From: Octopus sinensis
Taxonomy: Eukaryota
Assembly (NCBI RefSeq): GCF_006345805.1
Contig: NC_043008.1
Coordinates: 62,434,001 to 62,498,000 of the forward strand
DNA length: 64,000 bases
Direction of reading: 5' to 3'
Translations under genes and position numbers: made by a program
Shown: one piece after another, positions 52,572 to 64,000 of the stretch
Layout: each line of letters starts with the position of its first letter
How positions within the stretch are numbered: position 1 is the stretch's first letter
Notes under the pieces: model-generated
The model's input: only the letters and a program-made list of their open reading frames with translations
Databases searched by the model: none
Told to the model about the DNA's origin: nothing

Positions 52572-54539
52572 TACAAGAGATCAGCAACAAAATAAGTTTG
52601 GAATCTGAGGTTTATAGATTTCTTATTACATTTTCATCTGGATAGGTATAATTATTACTGCAGTGGTTGTGTTTATCCTAATTAGTTTGATGGATGGTAT
52701 TTTCACTTAAAAATTTTGCTTCTACAGTTGACTACTGAAACAGATTTGTTTGGTTTTATACTCATTCTTGCAAGATTCTATCTTAAATGTTATATTTTTT
52801 GTTCTTTATTTTTGGGTAAATAATTCTCCTGAATGGGTTGCATTTTCAATGGCTTGTAAAAGAACCCCACATGTTTCCTTTATGATATGCCATGAAAGCG
52901 TTTGAACAATAGAAAAATCACTGAAATGTGGTTATAAAAGAATATGAAATATGATGTAAAGGGAAAAGCAAGATAGAAAGAGGAAGAGAGTGGATTATGA
53001 AATAAAATATGAAATTGGTATTGCATGATATAATTGCAGATGGGAAAGGATGGATTCAAGCATGATGAACAAGAATTATTTTGACTAGGTTTAAAATGTT
53101 GATAGATGAAGGAATAACGAATTTATGTGGTTTAGTACCAGTATTTTATAAGATTGTATATAACAGCATATCAGTGTAGAATACACAAACACAAAGATAC
53201 ATACTAATATAAATTATATATAATATAATATGAATATAATAAAATATATAAATTATAGGATGCATAACCACATGCATAAATAAACAAATGCAAATTTCTA
53301 AAGCAATATTTAGGGAAATGGTTATATGGTTATAGTCGATTAAATCAACACCAACATTGGGCTGGCACTTATTTTATCAAGCCTCCTAGGATGAAAGAAA
53401 AAGTAGAACTTAGCAGGCTTTAAACCCAGCACATAAAGGAATGTTACTAAATACTGCAAAACATTTTTTTTAATGTCCTATTGATTTTTACTATCCATTG
53501 CTTTGCACATAAAAAAATCTAATGCATAGAATATAGCACCATTTTTTTTTTCGAAATAAGAAAACGTGGTTCTTGCACAAAGTGATTTTAGTTTGTGATA
53601 GGGATGTGTTTCAAACAGATTATTGAGGCAAACCTGTTAAAGAGAGCCTGGCATGTTTACTCAAACCATAATAAATCCAGCTGCACTGACAAGGTCAAAC
53701 ATATGATCAGCAGATGGATTATCTGGAAATTGAAGATGAATTTATGGTTTTGCATTCGTTAGACACATTAAAAATTATAATTTAAGGTTTGTGAGTGAAA
53801 GGAGGGGGGGCGAGAGGGAGAGAGAGAAGAATGAGGAGAAGAAGAAGAAGAGAAGAAGAAGAAGAAGAAGAAGAAGAAGAAAAAGAAGAAGAAGGAGAAG
53901 GGAGAGTGTGATAGTAGTCTTTCCTAAATATATATGTATGTATATTTAGATGACAACAACGATGATGATGGTGGTGGTGGTGCTGCTGATGATGATGATG
54001 ATGATTAAGGCTATCTACTCACAAGTTTTGTCAGGCATGAGAATATGGGAACGGAAAGAGAGAAACAGACTAGGTTTGAGAGGAGTCTTGAGAGAGTCAT
54101 TGAGAGAAGAAGAAGAAGAAGAAGAAGAGGAGGTGGTGGTGGTGGGGGGGATGTGGGGATACACTTTATGGGTAAATATGGAAGAGAGTGTTAAGGAAGA
54201 AGAGAAACAATGCGGAGAGGTCGATGAGAGAAAATTGGGTAGAAAATAAGTATGGTGAGAGCAGTGAGGGCAAGCAATGCTACAGGATACCATAGAGATA
54301 GGGGAAAGGGAAGAGTAGCATGTGCATGGTGCAGAAGTATCCCTGATGGAGAAGCAGTGGAGATATGCCAAATGGGGATACAGTTGAGAGAGGTTAGATA
54401 GAGAGAGTTAAGGAGAAAATTTCAATTTCCTTCCAACTAGTTCCTCGACCTCGATGACTGAATCCAATCTTTGCATGAAACAGATAGGTACAAAGATGGC
54501 AAAGAAAGATGACTGAGAATTATGGATGCTGTTGTCACT

Positions 54540-54860
54540 GCATCATCATCATCATCATTGTTCGACTGTGGTTGAGACAATGGAATTTACCATGCTACGC
54601 CAGACTCCACGGTCCATCATGGCATTACAGAGGTCCTGTTGCTGGATGCCTGTATCCCTGGAGATTACACCAGGGTAGGAGAGTGTGCGCCTTCTGGTAT
54701 TGCGAGTAGATGGCTTCCAGAGGAGAAGAGTAGAAATTACCTCTTTTTCAGCTCTACAACAATGTCCAGCAAACTGGACTCTCTTACCCTTCATAAGAGA
54801 TGACACAGGTGGTAGTTTCCCATATATTTGCATTTTGGTTGGATGATGCTTATGTGTTCT
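54540..54860 (-). mobile_element. RTE-group LINE 3' fragment with (GAT)n tail
   Basis: IYGKLPPVSSLMKGKRVQFAGHCCRAEKEVISTLLLWKP...ISRDTG...AMMDRGVWRSMV. Confidence 0.82.
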
Positions 54861-57169
54861 TTAGATTTTGATCTTTAAATTTTCGTTCTCTTTTGACTTT
54901 AAAAATGTCACTTCCAGTAGTGATGGAGCAACACTAGTTGAAGGAGCTCTCGGTTTCAATTCTGCACATTTTTATCTTAACCCCAACCATTTTGAGGATT
55001 GTCATTTAGCTGATCTTTGTAATGGTGGAAAGGTCATTCACATGATATTTCCCTGGTCGTCAATTCACTGAAGAGGAAGGGATAAGAAAATCAATATAGC
55101 AAACAGATAAAACATTTATCAGTTTTTAAAATAAAGCATTGAAGAATTGAACAACGAAGTTAACCGCAATGATATTAAAAACTCAGTTACGTAGAACATT
55201 CAGAAAGGGCAAGACAATATTCTATACAAGCTGTTTTGAGAGAAGAAATTCTCCTTACGGGCAATATGGGTGTAAACACACCACTACACCTTTAATGAGA
55301 TCACTGAACTGTTGGATGCAAGCATTTCTGTGTCATTATGCTTCATCAGCAACATATATTGAGTTGTTATTCATGGCTGCAAGGAAATGGCCATTCGTAT
55401 TAGGATGACAAATGGTTCGCTTGCTGATGTGTGTAAAGCTTTCTCAATAAATGGGATGTGCCCTAAGCAGCATTGAATGGATCACTGTCATGTACATCTA
55501 TATTCAACATGTTCATCTACGTTTGAACATGGAATAACAACATGCTGCAGAAGCTGTCGTGAGAGAAGAAATTTTTTCCCTGTAGACAATATGGTTGTAA
55601 ACACTTTACCAAGCCACGAACAACATTGCACACTCTAAGACTCGTGCATTTCTGCATCATTATTCTCCATCATTGAAGACCAATAATTTTAACAAGACAC
55701 AGCATTTAATCAAATTCTTTTCCAAATTGTAGCACTCGCCTTCAAGCGATGAAATGTAATGAAATGTTTAATGGGAATTATTGATACATATATGAAGCAA
55801 TATACAAGCATGAATGATGTTTTATGTATGCTGCACATACATATATAAATTCAAAAGTGCACCAGGGAAAATGCTGCTTTTATCACAGTTTATAATATCT
55901 TATTAATTTTTTTGTTTTTGGTTTTGGTTAGGGTGGAGTTATTAACATCAAAATAATTTAACTTAACTCTGAATAACAGGAAATGTTGATCATCGTATAC
56001 ATCATACTTAAATGTTTTCTTAGGCAATTCTTTCTACTTTATTACATCTTATTTTCACATAATTTTTCTTTATGTGAAAGATTAACCTAATATACTTGTA
56101 AATATGAAATGATCACAACATGTGAAATCGTATCAGATTTTGCTTTCAGCAAGTATTTCACTCATCCATTGTAATCTTTTCATTTAAAGGAATATATGAA
56201 TAAATAAATATATATATATATATATATAAAAGTAATAATAACATATCTATACACATTTCTCTACATTTCAATCTTTTGCTAGAAAATTTTCCAAAATAAT
56301 CATTGCTTTACAGAGGTAATACTGAGAGATCAATTTATTCTGCTGTAATGTTATCTTCTTTTTCATTAGGACTTCACAAAAATAAGATGTTAAAAGCAAA
56401 TCAAATTAAGGACTGCTTGGTTGGGTTGCATGAACACATGATAGATATGAATTCATGTGATAAACTTTGTTCAGCATAAACAAGCACCCTATTCAATATA
56501 TTACAAAACAAATGCATTGGATTTTATGTATTTTCTAATCATTAAACAGTTATTCTATTCATTTATTTATCTACTATCTTTCTCTCTACTTTCTTTTAAT
56601 TTTTTTTTTTTTTTTGTAATTCTTTCCAAGTATTTAGGTAAGATTAAGGAAATTCTTAAAATACTTACAGTTTTGCTTAGATTCTTTTTTTTTTCTCTTT
56701 TACTCTGAATTATTCTTTTGTCTATCATATCTTAAGTGTATATCAACACAATGTTTCTGAATGATTCTACTTCAAGAACAATGACTGAAACATCATAAAA
56801 ATTAGGTTGACATGAGATAAACTATCAATCAATAAAGCTTTATTATATCTTTGAGACAAGCAGCTCAAACATGGCAACGGCTAATCCAATGAACACATAT
56901 TAACAAGTACAGCTTTTTCTGTGGACATTTTTATTTGGTTATCTTACTTTTCTTAAGTGACAATCTTTGTTTGTGGTTTTTCTATGCATATGTCCATACC
57001 GATCAAAATATACACTTGTGTGTGTGTGTGGTGTGTGTGTGTGTGTGTAAATGTGTGCATGTTTATTGCATGTGTGTTTGCTTAAATACGTGACAAAATG
57101 AATGTTATATTCTAAGTCATTTGTACTTTCTCATAACTCCACAAATATGTATTGCATGTATTTATATAT

Positions 57170-57211
<42 letters not shown>

Positions 57212-57325
57212 CATATCTGCTCTACATCTCAGAGTGTGCTTCTCCCCCAGATTTATGTATTTCTACAAACAATATATATATATATATATATGCATATGTA
57301 TATATATATATGCATATGTATATGT

Positions 57326-57370
<45 letters not shown>

Positions 57371-57464
57371 TATGTATATATATATATGCATATGTATATG
57401 TATACATATATATATATATACATATATATGTATATATGTATGTGTGTGTGTGCGCGCGTGTGTG

Positions 57465-57760
57465 AAGGCACATAGCTTAGTGGTTAGGGTGTTGCACTCA
57501 CAATTGTGTGAACATGGGTTCGGTTCCTAGACTGGACATTGCATTGTGTTCAGGAGAAAAGCACATCATTTCACATTAGTCTGCGATTATTTCATTGTCT
57601 GCCATGTGGCACGTGGTGCACCTGTACAGGTAATGTCGATTTGGTGAAAGGAGCGAGCTTATGTGTACACAAACATTTGATCTCTATAAACAAATCCCCT
57701 GTGTGGTTGTTCGGCAAGAAATTTCCAAACCCTCATACATTGTCTAACAAAAGGAGAGAC
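57465..57760 (+). mobile_element. Group C SINE variant
   Basis: tagcttagtggttagggtgttgcactcac...gggttcggttcct head with a distinct body. Confidence 0.7.
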
Positions 57761-57784
57761 CATTATTATTATATATATATCAAA

Positions 57785-58095
57785 CATCATCATCATCATC
57801 ATCATCATCATCATTGTTTAATGTCTATCTTTCATGCATACATGGGTAGGACAAGACAAGAGCCAGCCAGGTAGAAAACTACTCTAGGCTACTGTGTCTG
57901 TTTTGGCAGAGATTTTACAGCTGGATGCCCTTCTTAACACCAACCACTCTGCAGAGTGGACTTAGTGCTTTTTACGTGGCACTAGCATAGGTGAAGTTAA
58001 TTTTGGCAAGATTTTAATAGTTGGAAGCCATTCCAAACATCAACCACATTACAGTGTGCACTGTATGCTTTTAACATGGCACCAGCAGTGGATAA
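57785..58095 (-). mobile_element. Diverged RTE 3' end copy
   Basis: (CAT)n, then tacagctggatgcccttcttaacaccaaccactc. Confidence 0.7.
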
Positions 58096-58382
58096 CCAAG
58101 TAACTCACAAGACAAGGGATTATGTGAGGGGCAGGGCATTTGTGTTAGAGTGTGACAAAGAGACAGAAAGACAGAAGCAGGTGTCTTTCCTCAACAGAGG
58201 AAGTATTAGACTAAGTGATCCAGTCTTAAATGATGAATGGTTAGAGTGTAACAGAGAAATAGAGAGGCAGAAATAGGAGTTGTATGATTTCTTAGGGTAG
58301 AGTGGGTCGAAAGTGTGTGGTTACATGTGAGTGGGACACAACTCTTCTAGCACTCAGTTTCATAGACAGGTATTCTCTAGGA

Positions 58383-58583
58383 CAGTGCTTTTCAAACTTT
58401 TTGCTGGAGCGGAACCCCAAGGAAACATTCCACTGGCTCGAGGAACCCCTGTGCAATAATTTAATTGTCTTATGCACACATATCTGCACAGGAGAATTAA
58501 AAATTACTGCCGATTTTAGCAGTTTTGTAACTTCTTGCGGAACCCCTGGACTGTACTGGCAGAACCCTGGTTGAAAACCACTG
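58383..58583. mobile_element. hAT (Buster/Charlie-type) MITE, 201 bp
   Basis: TIRs cagtgcttttcaa and ttgaaaaccactg; perfect 8-bp TSD ctctagga (NNNTANNN) at 58375-58382 and 58584-58591. Confidence 0.92.
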
Positions 58584-58609
58584 CTCTAGGACCTCATATC
58601 ACCAAATAT

Positions 58610-59015
58610 GTGTAATTCCCTTACGGGACTGTTACATTGAGTTGACAGTATACGACCACTATATCGCTCCACCACCGCTTATGTCTCTCTGAGACATTTA
58701 GAAATTCAATATTCTAATTTCGGTGATCAATAAATAAATTTTACTGATAATATGATATATTTGCGAAGAGGTTGCAGTCATCTCAGCGAGCGAGACAAGC
58801 TACCCTGAACTGACGACGAGCAATAGACTCAGAAACATATGTCTTCAGGTGCTTAGTCCCAGCTGGTGGGGGTGATTGCCTCCTCTTTGCAAATATAAGG
58901 ACACAAAAAATGTGTCAAGGCCGACAGGAGACGTCGATGTTTCCTAGGGCTAAATGGCAGTGGTGTAATTCCCTTACGGGACTGTCACATTGAGTTTACG
59001 GTACACGACCACTGT
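58610..59015 (+). mobile_element. 353-bp HHR unit with about 52-bp terminal direct repeat (retrozyme-like)
   Basis: gtgtaattcccttacgggactg at 58610 and 58963; one HHR inside; ends in (TA)n. Confidence 0.85.
58804..58849 (+). ncRNA. Type I minimal hammerhead ribozyme
   Basis: cctgaa-CTGACGA-c-gag-caataga-ctc-a-GAAAC-atat-GTC-ttcagg; palindromic stem III ACATATGT, GUC site. Confidence 0.88.
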
Positions 59016-59025
59016 ATATATATAT

Positions 59026-59227
59026 GTGACCGTGTGTGTACCGTTGGCGATTTTTTTTCCTCTGTCTTCCCTTCTCTGGATCTTTCCTTCTCCTATGTTT
59101 CCTATGAAGAGCTCCACTCGAAACGTTAAACCCTCCTTCTTTCCTTCTTTCCTGAGCGTCCAATAATACTATATTTGTTCCACGTCCTCGCGTTGTGTTT
59201 TTTTGTGCTTTCTTGTTTGGATTAACT

Positions 59228-59230
<3 letters not shown>
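59026..59230 (+). mobile_element. Family D-related element with degenerate HHR (59097-59131)
   Basis: gttt-CCTATGA-a-gagc-tcc-actc-GAAAC-GTT-aaac; downstream ctgagcgt..taatac shared with family D; lies between (TA)n runs. Confidence 0.7.
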
Positions 59231-59262
<32 letters not shown>

Positions 59263-59551
59263 TACACACACACGTATATATAGTCCACTCTGCTGAGTGG
59301 TTGGTGTTAGGAAGGGCATCCAGCTGTAAAATTCCTGCCTAAACAATTACAGAAGTCTGGTGCAGGCTTCTGCCTAGCCATCTTTTATCAAACAGTTCCA
59401 TCCATCTCTTTCCAGTATATATTCTGTATTTAACACATACCTTTACAAATGATTTTGTCTTGATGAAAACCATAGTAATAAATATCTATATATATATATA
59501 TAAAGTATAAAGTAAAAGAGTCAAAAGGAAAAGTAAGAGCAGCTTTTTAAT

Positions 59552-59677
59552 TATCACTACAAATGTTTCGATACATATGGATCCCCGTATATACAGGATT
59601 TAAATTTAAATTTAAATTAAATTATGTAACGATTTACCTGTATATAAGAAGATTTATATGTATCTCCTCAGGCGATA
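59552..59677 (-). ncRNA. Type I hammerhead with about 95-nt extended stem II
   Basis: tatcgc-CTGAGGA-gatacata...tatatacagg...cctgtatata...tatgtatc-GAAAC-attt-GTA-gtgata. Confidence 0.8.
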
Positions 59678-60278
59678 TTTAATTGCTGTCTCCATAAGTA
59701 AATCTAGATTTCCATGGACAACATCCATGGTGCATTTGAAACTATACAGGTTTAGATGTAAGTACATATAAACCTCGGAGAGATAAAAATATCCAAGATG
59801 AAACTGATTGAATACCTAACATATAGGCACATACACATGGTTTTTATAATATTGATAATATATATAGATATAAATAGATAGATATAAATGATAATAAGGA
59901 GTATGATAAAGTAGAATTTCATAAATGTTAATTTACATTTTGATTAAATACAGCTTAATATTGACCTACATATGATTCCACTATATCAGTTAGTAACTGT
60001 TGTAATTGCAACTTCACTATCATACCAGTGTAGTTTCTTCAGGGTCTTCACTTCAATATCCTTTCAGATTGAATTGGTTACAATTTCATCTTAATTTTAG
60101 TATTGCATTAGATGAAGTGGTTTTGATTGTTAATTACGGCCTGAATTTTATTTTGCATTCCAAGTATTGGTTTGATAATTATTTATTCGCTTCATAGATT
60201 CAGTTATTTCAAAGCATTTCATTTCATGTATATGTTATAGTTGTTTGATTATTTTAAACTTATTTATAGTGTTTAGTG

Positions 60279-60596
60279 AAGGTACTTGGCTTAGTGGTTA
60301 GGGCATTCAGCTCATGATAGTAAGGTTGTGAGTTCAATTCCTGGTGAAGCATTGTGTCCTTGTGCAAGACACTTTATTTTGCATTGCTCCTGTCCACTCA
60401 GCTGGCAAAAATGAGCTGTGCCTATATTTCAAAGGGCCAGCCTTGTCCCACTCTGTGTCACACTGAATATCTCTGAGAACTACTTTAAGGGTACATGTGT
60501 CTGTGGAATGCTCAGCCACTTGCACGTTAATTTCATGAGCAATCTGTTCCATTGATCATATGAGCTGGGACCTCGTCATCGTAACCAATGGAGTGT
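60279..60596 (+). mobile_element. Group C SINE variant
   Basis: Head and core resemble 13735-13998; tail resembles 14270-14452. Confidence 0.85.
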
Positions 60597-61369
60597 GTCT
60601 GTATTTATATTGTTTAAAGGTCCTTTTATACATATGAAAGTATCTTAACCTTGTTCTTGCCTAGAATTTATTATATTATTCTCTGATGTAAAAAGTTGGT
60701 AAAATTCTTCTATGCATAGAACACATTTATTTGTCCCTGTTCTAATGGTTTAGCAGTACTAATTAATTCCTAATGGATGGTATAGTCCTTATTTCTATCT
60801 TTAATAGACCAGATTAACTTACTTAGACTTGTTTGAAATTTTTTTATTTCTATCTCTAAACAAATTTAAATGATTAACCAGTCTTTTTTGGGAATAAGTG
60901 AAGTTGCACTGATGTAAAAGTATTCAGTTCCCTCTGATGTAACTTTACATCTAAAAACAACGTTCTTTGTTTTGCATTTATTATTGATAGAACACGAGTT
61001 TTGTTCACAACAATTTCAGAGATTATTTCATATACTGCACTCAGATTTCTTATTAATTTGATTGTTTGGAGTAAAACCAAATTCATTTTGCCTAAATTCT
61101 TTATCATTATTTACACTTTTATACAATAATGTTATATTACTTCTCTTTCTAACGGAGTCTTTATTTGATTCAACGTTATTCATTTGATTAAACAGGGTTG
61201 TTTCCCCTACTGTGATATTTATATTTGATATATGAACAAAGATAACCCATTATTTCTGTCTTCATGTGCGTGTGTGTGTGTGTATGTGTGTGTATGAATT
61301 TGTATGTTTACATGTGTTTGCATGGCATCTGGTCCCTGGATGTCATTCCTCCCCTAGTGTTGAAGATAA

Positions 61370-61800
61370 TATCCTCCTCCTCATCATCATCATCATCACC
61401 ACCACCACAACCACCACCACCACCACCATTATCATCATCATCTCCATCTCCATCTTCCTCCTTGGTGTTGTCATAACTGTAGCCATTGACATCATTGTCT
61501 TCCTCTTCCCCCTCCTCCTCTTCTACTTCTTCCTCCTCCTCCACCTCTTCCCCTTCTTCTTCCTCCTTCTCCTCCTCTTCCTCCTCCGCCTCCTCTTCTT
61601 CTTCTTCCTCCTTCTCTTCCTCTTCCGCCTCCTCCTCTTCTTCCTTCCCTCCTCCCCCTCTCCTTCCTCCTCCCATTCTCCCCTCTTCTTCTTCCTCCCC
61701 CCTCATCCCCATCCCCTTAATCTCCAACCCCCATCTCTGTCATCCCCATCATCTCCATCCCCCATCATCCCCATCCCCATCCCCCTATCTCTATCTTTAT
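61370..61800. repeat. (CAT)/(CAC)/(TCC/TCT) low-complexity polypyrimidine tract
   Basis: Direct reading. Confidence 0.92.
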
Positions 61801-62437
61801 GTTCCCTCTTAAAAGAATCTATCTGCATATATGTCCTATAACTTAGCAGTCTGAGCAAGAGTGAGTGACAAAATAAGTACCATTTTTTTTTTTTTTTAAA
61901 TCACGACCGGAATATAAAAAAAGAAAACAACCAACATTCACAATACTGCTCCAGCATAGCCACAATCTAATGATTGAACTGTGTAAAACAACAAAAGTGT
62001 TGTATATGAGGTTTCCTATATTGCATGGCTTCTATCATGATAAGATATTATATTATAGCTAAAACAAATGAGAAATGGTAAACTGCCAGTTTAAGAAAGA
62101 ATATTCTTTCAGGTTTGGTCAGTGGAGCAATGAATGAAAAATCTGTTTCAGTTAACCTTTCTAGCACGTTCTATATTTTAGTTCAATGATGTTTTATAAC
62201 ATGCTACTGCGATACCGCCATCGTTTCTGCTAAATATAAGAAAAATATTTAATTTACTGTTCCCCAATCCAGTTTCTATTTGCAGTCAGTTTGTGAACAA
62301 TCAATGGTTTTAGAGTAATCATTTCTATGAATTGTCAGTGAGGTTAGCACCTTACACTGATTAAATTATTAATTCTCAGTTTCCACAGAAAGAAATTTAT
62401 ATTGACAGGAAAGACAAGAAAAAAAAGAATAATAATG

Positions 62438-62482
<45 letters not shown>

Positions 62483-62639
62483 GTAAAACATACGAAAAAA
62501 TAAAAGATAAAATAAAGAAGAGGGAGAAAAAATTTTTGAAAATGTTCTGGTAGGCAGGAGACCTTGTCAGAATTTTCTCTTTTACATGATGTTATTAATG
62601 TATACCTGCTTCTATAATGGTTATCTGCAGTTTCAGCAT

Positions 62640-62835
62640 ATATGCATGTATGTATGTATGTATGTATGTATGTATGTATGTATGTATGTATGTATGTATG
62701 TATGTATGTATGTATGTATGCATGTATGTATGTATATGTATATGTGTATGTATGTATGTATGTATGTATGTACGTACGTACGTACGTACATATGTATGTA
62801 TGCATGTATGCATGTATGTATGTATGTATGTATAT
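62640..62835. repeat. (TATG)n microsatellite
   Basis: Direct reading; complementary (CATA)n at about 31760-31850. Confidence 0.95.
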
Positions 62836-63148
62836 ATGGATGTATATATTTGTATGCAATTATATTCATGTGTATATTTATGGAGATTCCATATACACAC
62901 ACATATGTACATGCGCACACAAGGCACAGACATAGCTCGGTGGTTCAGAAGCTGGCTTTGCTGCCATATGGTTTCGTGTTCAATCTCGGGACATGGCATT
63001 TTGTGTATCTTCTAGTATGACTCCAAAACAATAAAGATCTTATGAATGAATTTCAGAGACAGAAATTGTGTGGAAGTTTGTTGTGTGATGGTGTGTGTGT
63101 GTATATCATCATCATCATCGTTTAACGTCCGTTTTCCATGCTAGCATG

Positions 63149-63199
<51 letters not shown>

Positions 63200-63203
<4 letters not shown>

Positions 63204-63375
63204 AGAATTCCCGAAAAAAATCAAAAGACGAAGACAGGTGGTGTAGAAAACAAACAGATGTATTAGTATAACGCTCGGGAATTGAAAAAGTCTTTTACGT
63301 TTCGAGCCTACACTCTTCCATAGAAAGGAACACAGAAAGAAACAAGGAGAGAAAAAAATATGTGTAGAGGCTACA
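63200..63375 (-). mobile_element. Family D element, HHR-like motif at 63292-63327
   Basis: cttt-CTATGGA-a-gagt-gtag-gctc-GAAAC-GTA-aaag; abuts (TA)n. Confidence 0.75.
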
Positions 63376-64000
63376 CACATATCCACGAAGACACACATAC
63401 ACACACACACACACACACATACATTGGCTTTTGTTTCCATTAAATGGAGATGAACATCGATGTTCCATGTAATAGTCTTTGATAATTGTTGAGGTATTTC
63501 TTAGCATGAAACCGAAGGTAGCCTTAAGACGCAAATAAAGTGTATATCTATCTATTTTCTCCATTCTAGAAAAGATTTTATAAGTGCTACCCACAATTCT
63601 CGTCTCCTTGCCCCCAGGCTATATTTTCTTTGACGGTTCGTCCTTGTCTATTGTCCTAAATCACACTCTGTCATTTTGCTTACTCTTGTCTCTAATTTTA
63701 TGCAAGAAAACTTTTCTTTGTGTGCACCACCAATTGGGAAGCCCTCAGTTTTATCGTTGGTCGATAACTGCTGAAGATTTATAGATCTTCTGTTTGTCTC
63801 CCATTAATTTTTACATTCAGTATACATTATGTCATTTGTTTATACATTTTTCATTTCTCTCTGTCTATGTTTCTGTCTGTCTGTTTCTCTCTCTTTCTCT
63901 CTCCCTCTCTCTCTCTCCCTCTTCCTCTTTCTCTTTCTCCCTCTCTCTATATATAAATATATCTGTTAAAATGAGATGTCAGTGGTATTTTCACTTTTGA

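Overview
AT-rich, microsatellite-dense eukaryotic non-coding DNA, most likely a cephalopod (Octopus-like) intron or intergenic region. The taxon is inferred from the repeat families and (TA)n load, not from a database search. No host gene can be supported; nearly all listed ORFs are translated microsatellites or SINEs. The window contains three groups of tRNA-headed SINEs, 3' fragments of RTE, CR1 and restriction-like-endonuclease (R4/Dong-type) LINEs, and hAT/Buster and mariner MITEs. The main result is about 20 whole, half or degenerate type I minimal hammerhead ribozyme (HHR) motifs, found by eye, in several small non-coding elements that mostly sit in (TA)n. Two diverged 353-bp units (38423-39154, 58610-59015) and one 546-bp unit (15695-16466) each carry one complete HHR plus a partial tandem repeat. 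This is the layout of non-LTR retrozymes or non-autonomous Penelope-like elements (PLEs). The two 353-bp units share a covarying long-range helix. Other HHRs have unusual cores (G3-C8 swap, A6U), and one follows a tRNA-like Pol III head. Several long palindromes abut or contain these elements. All folds were paired by hand; no activity or expression is shown.
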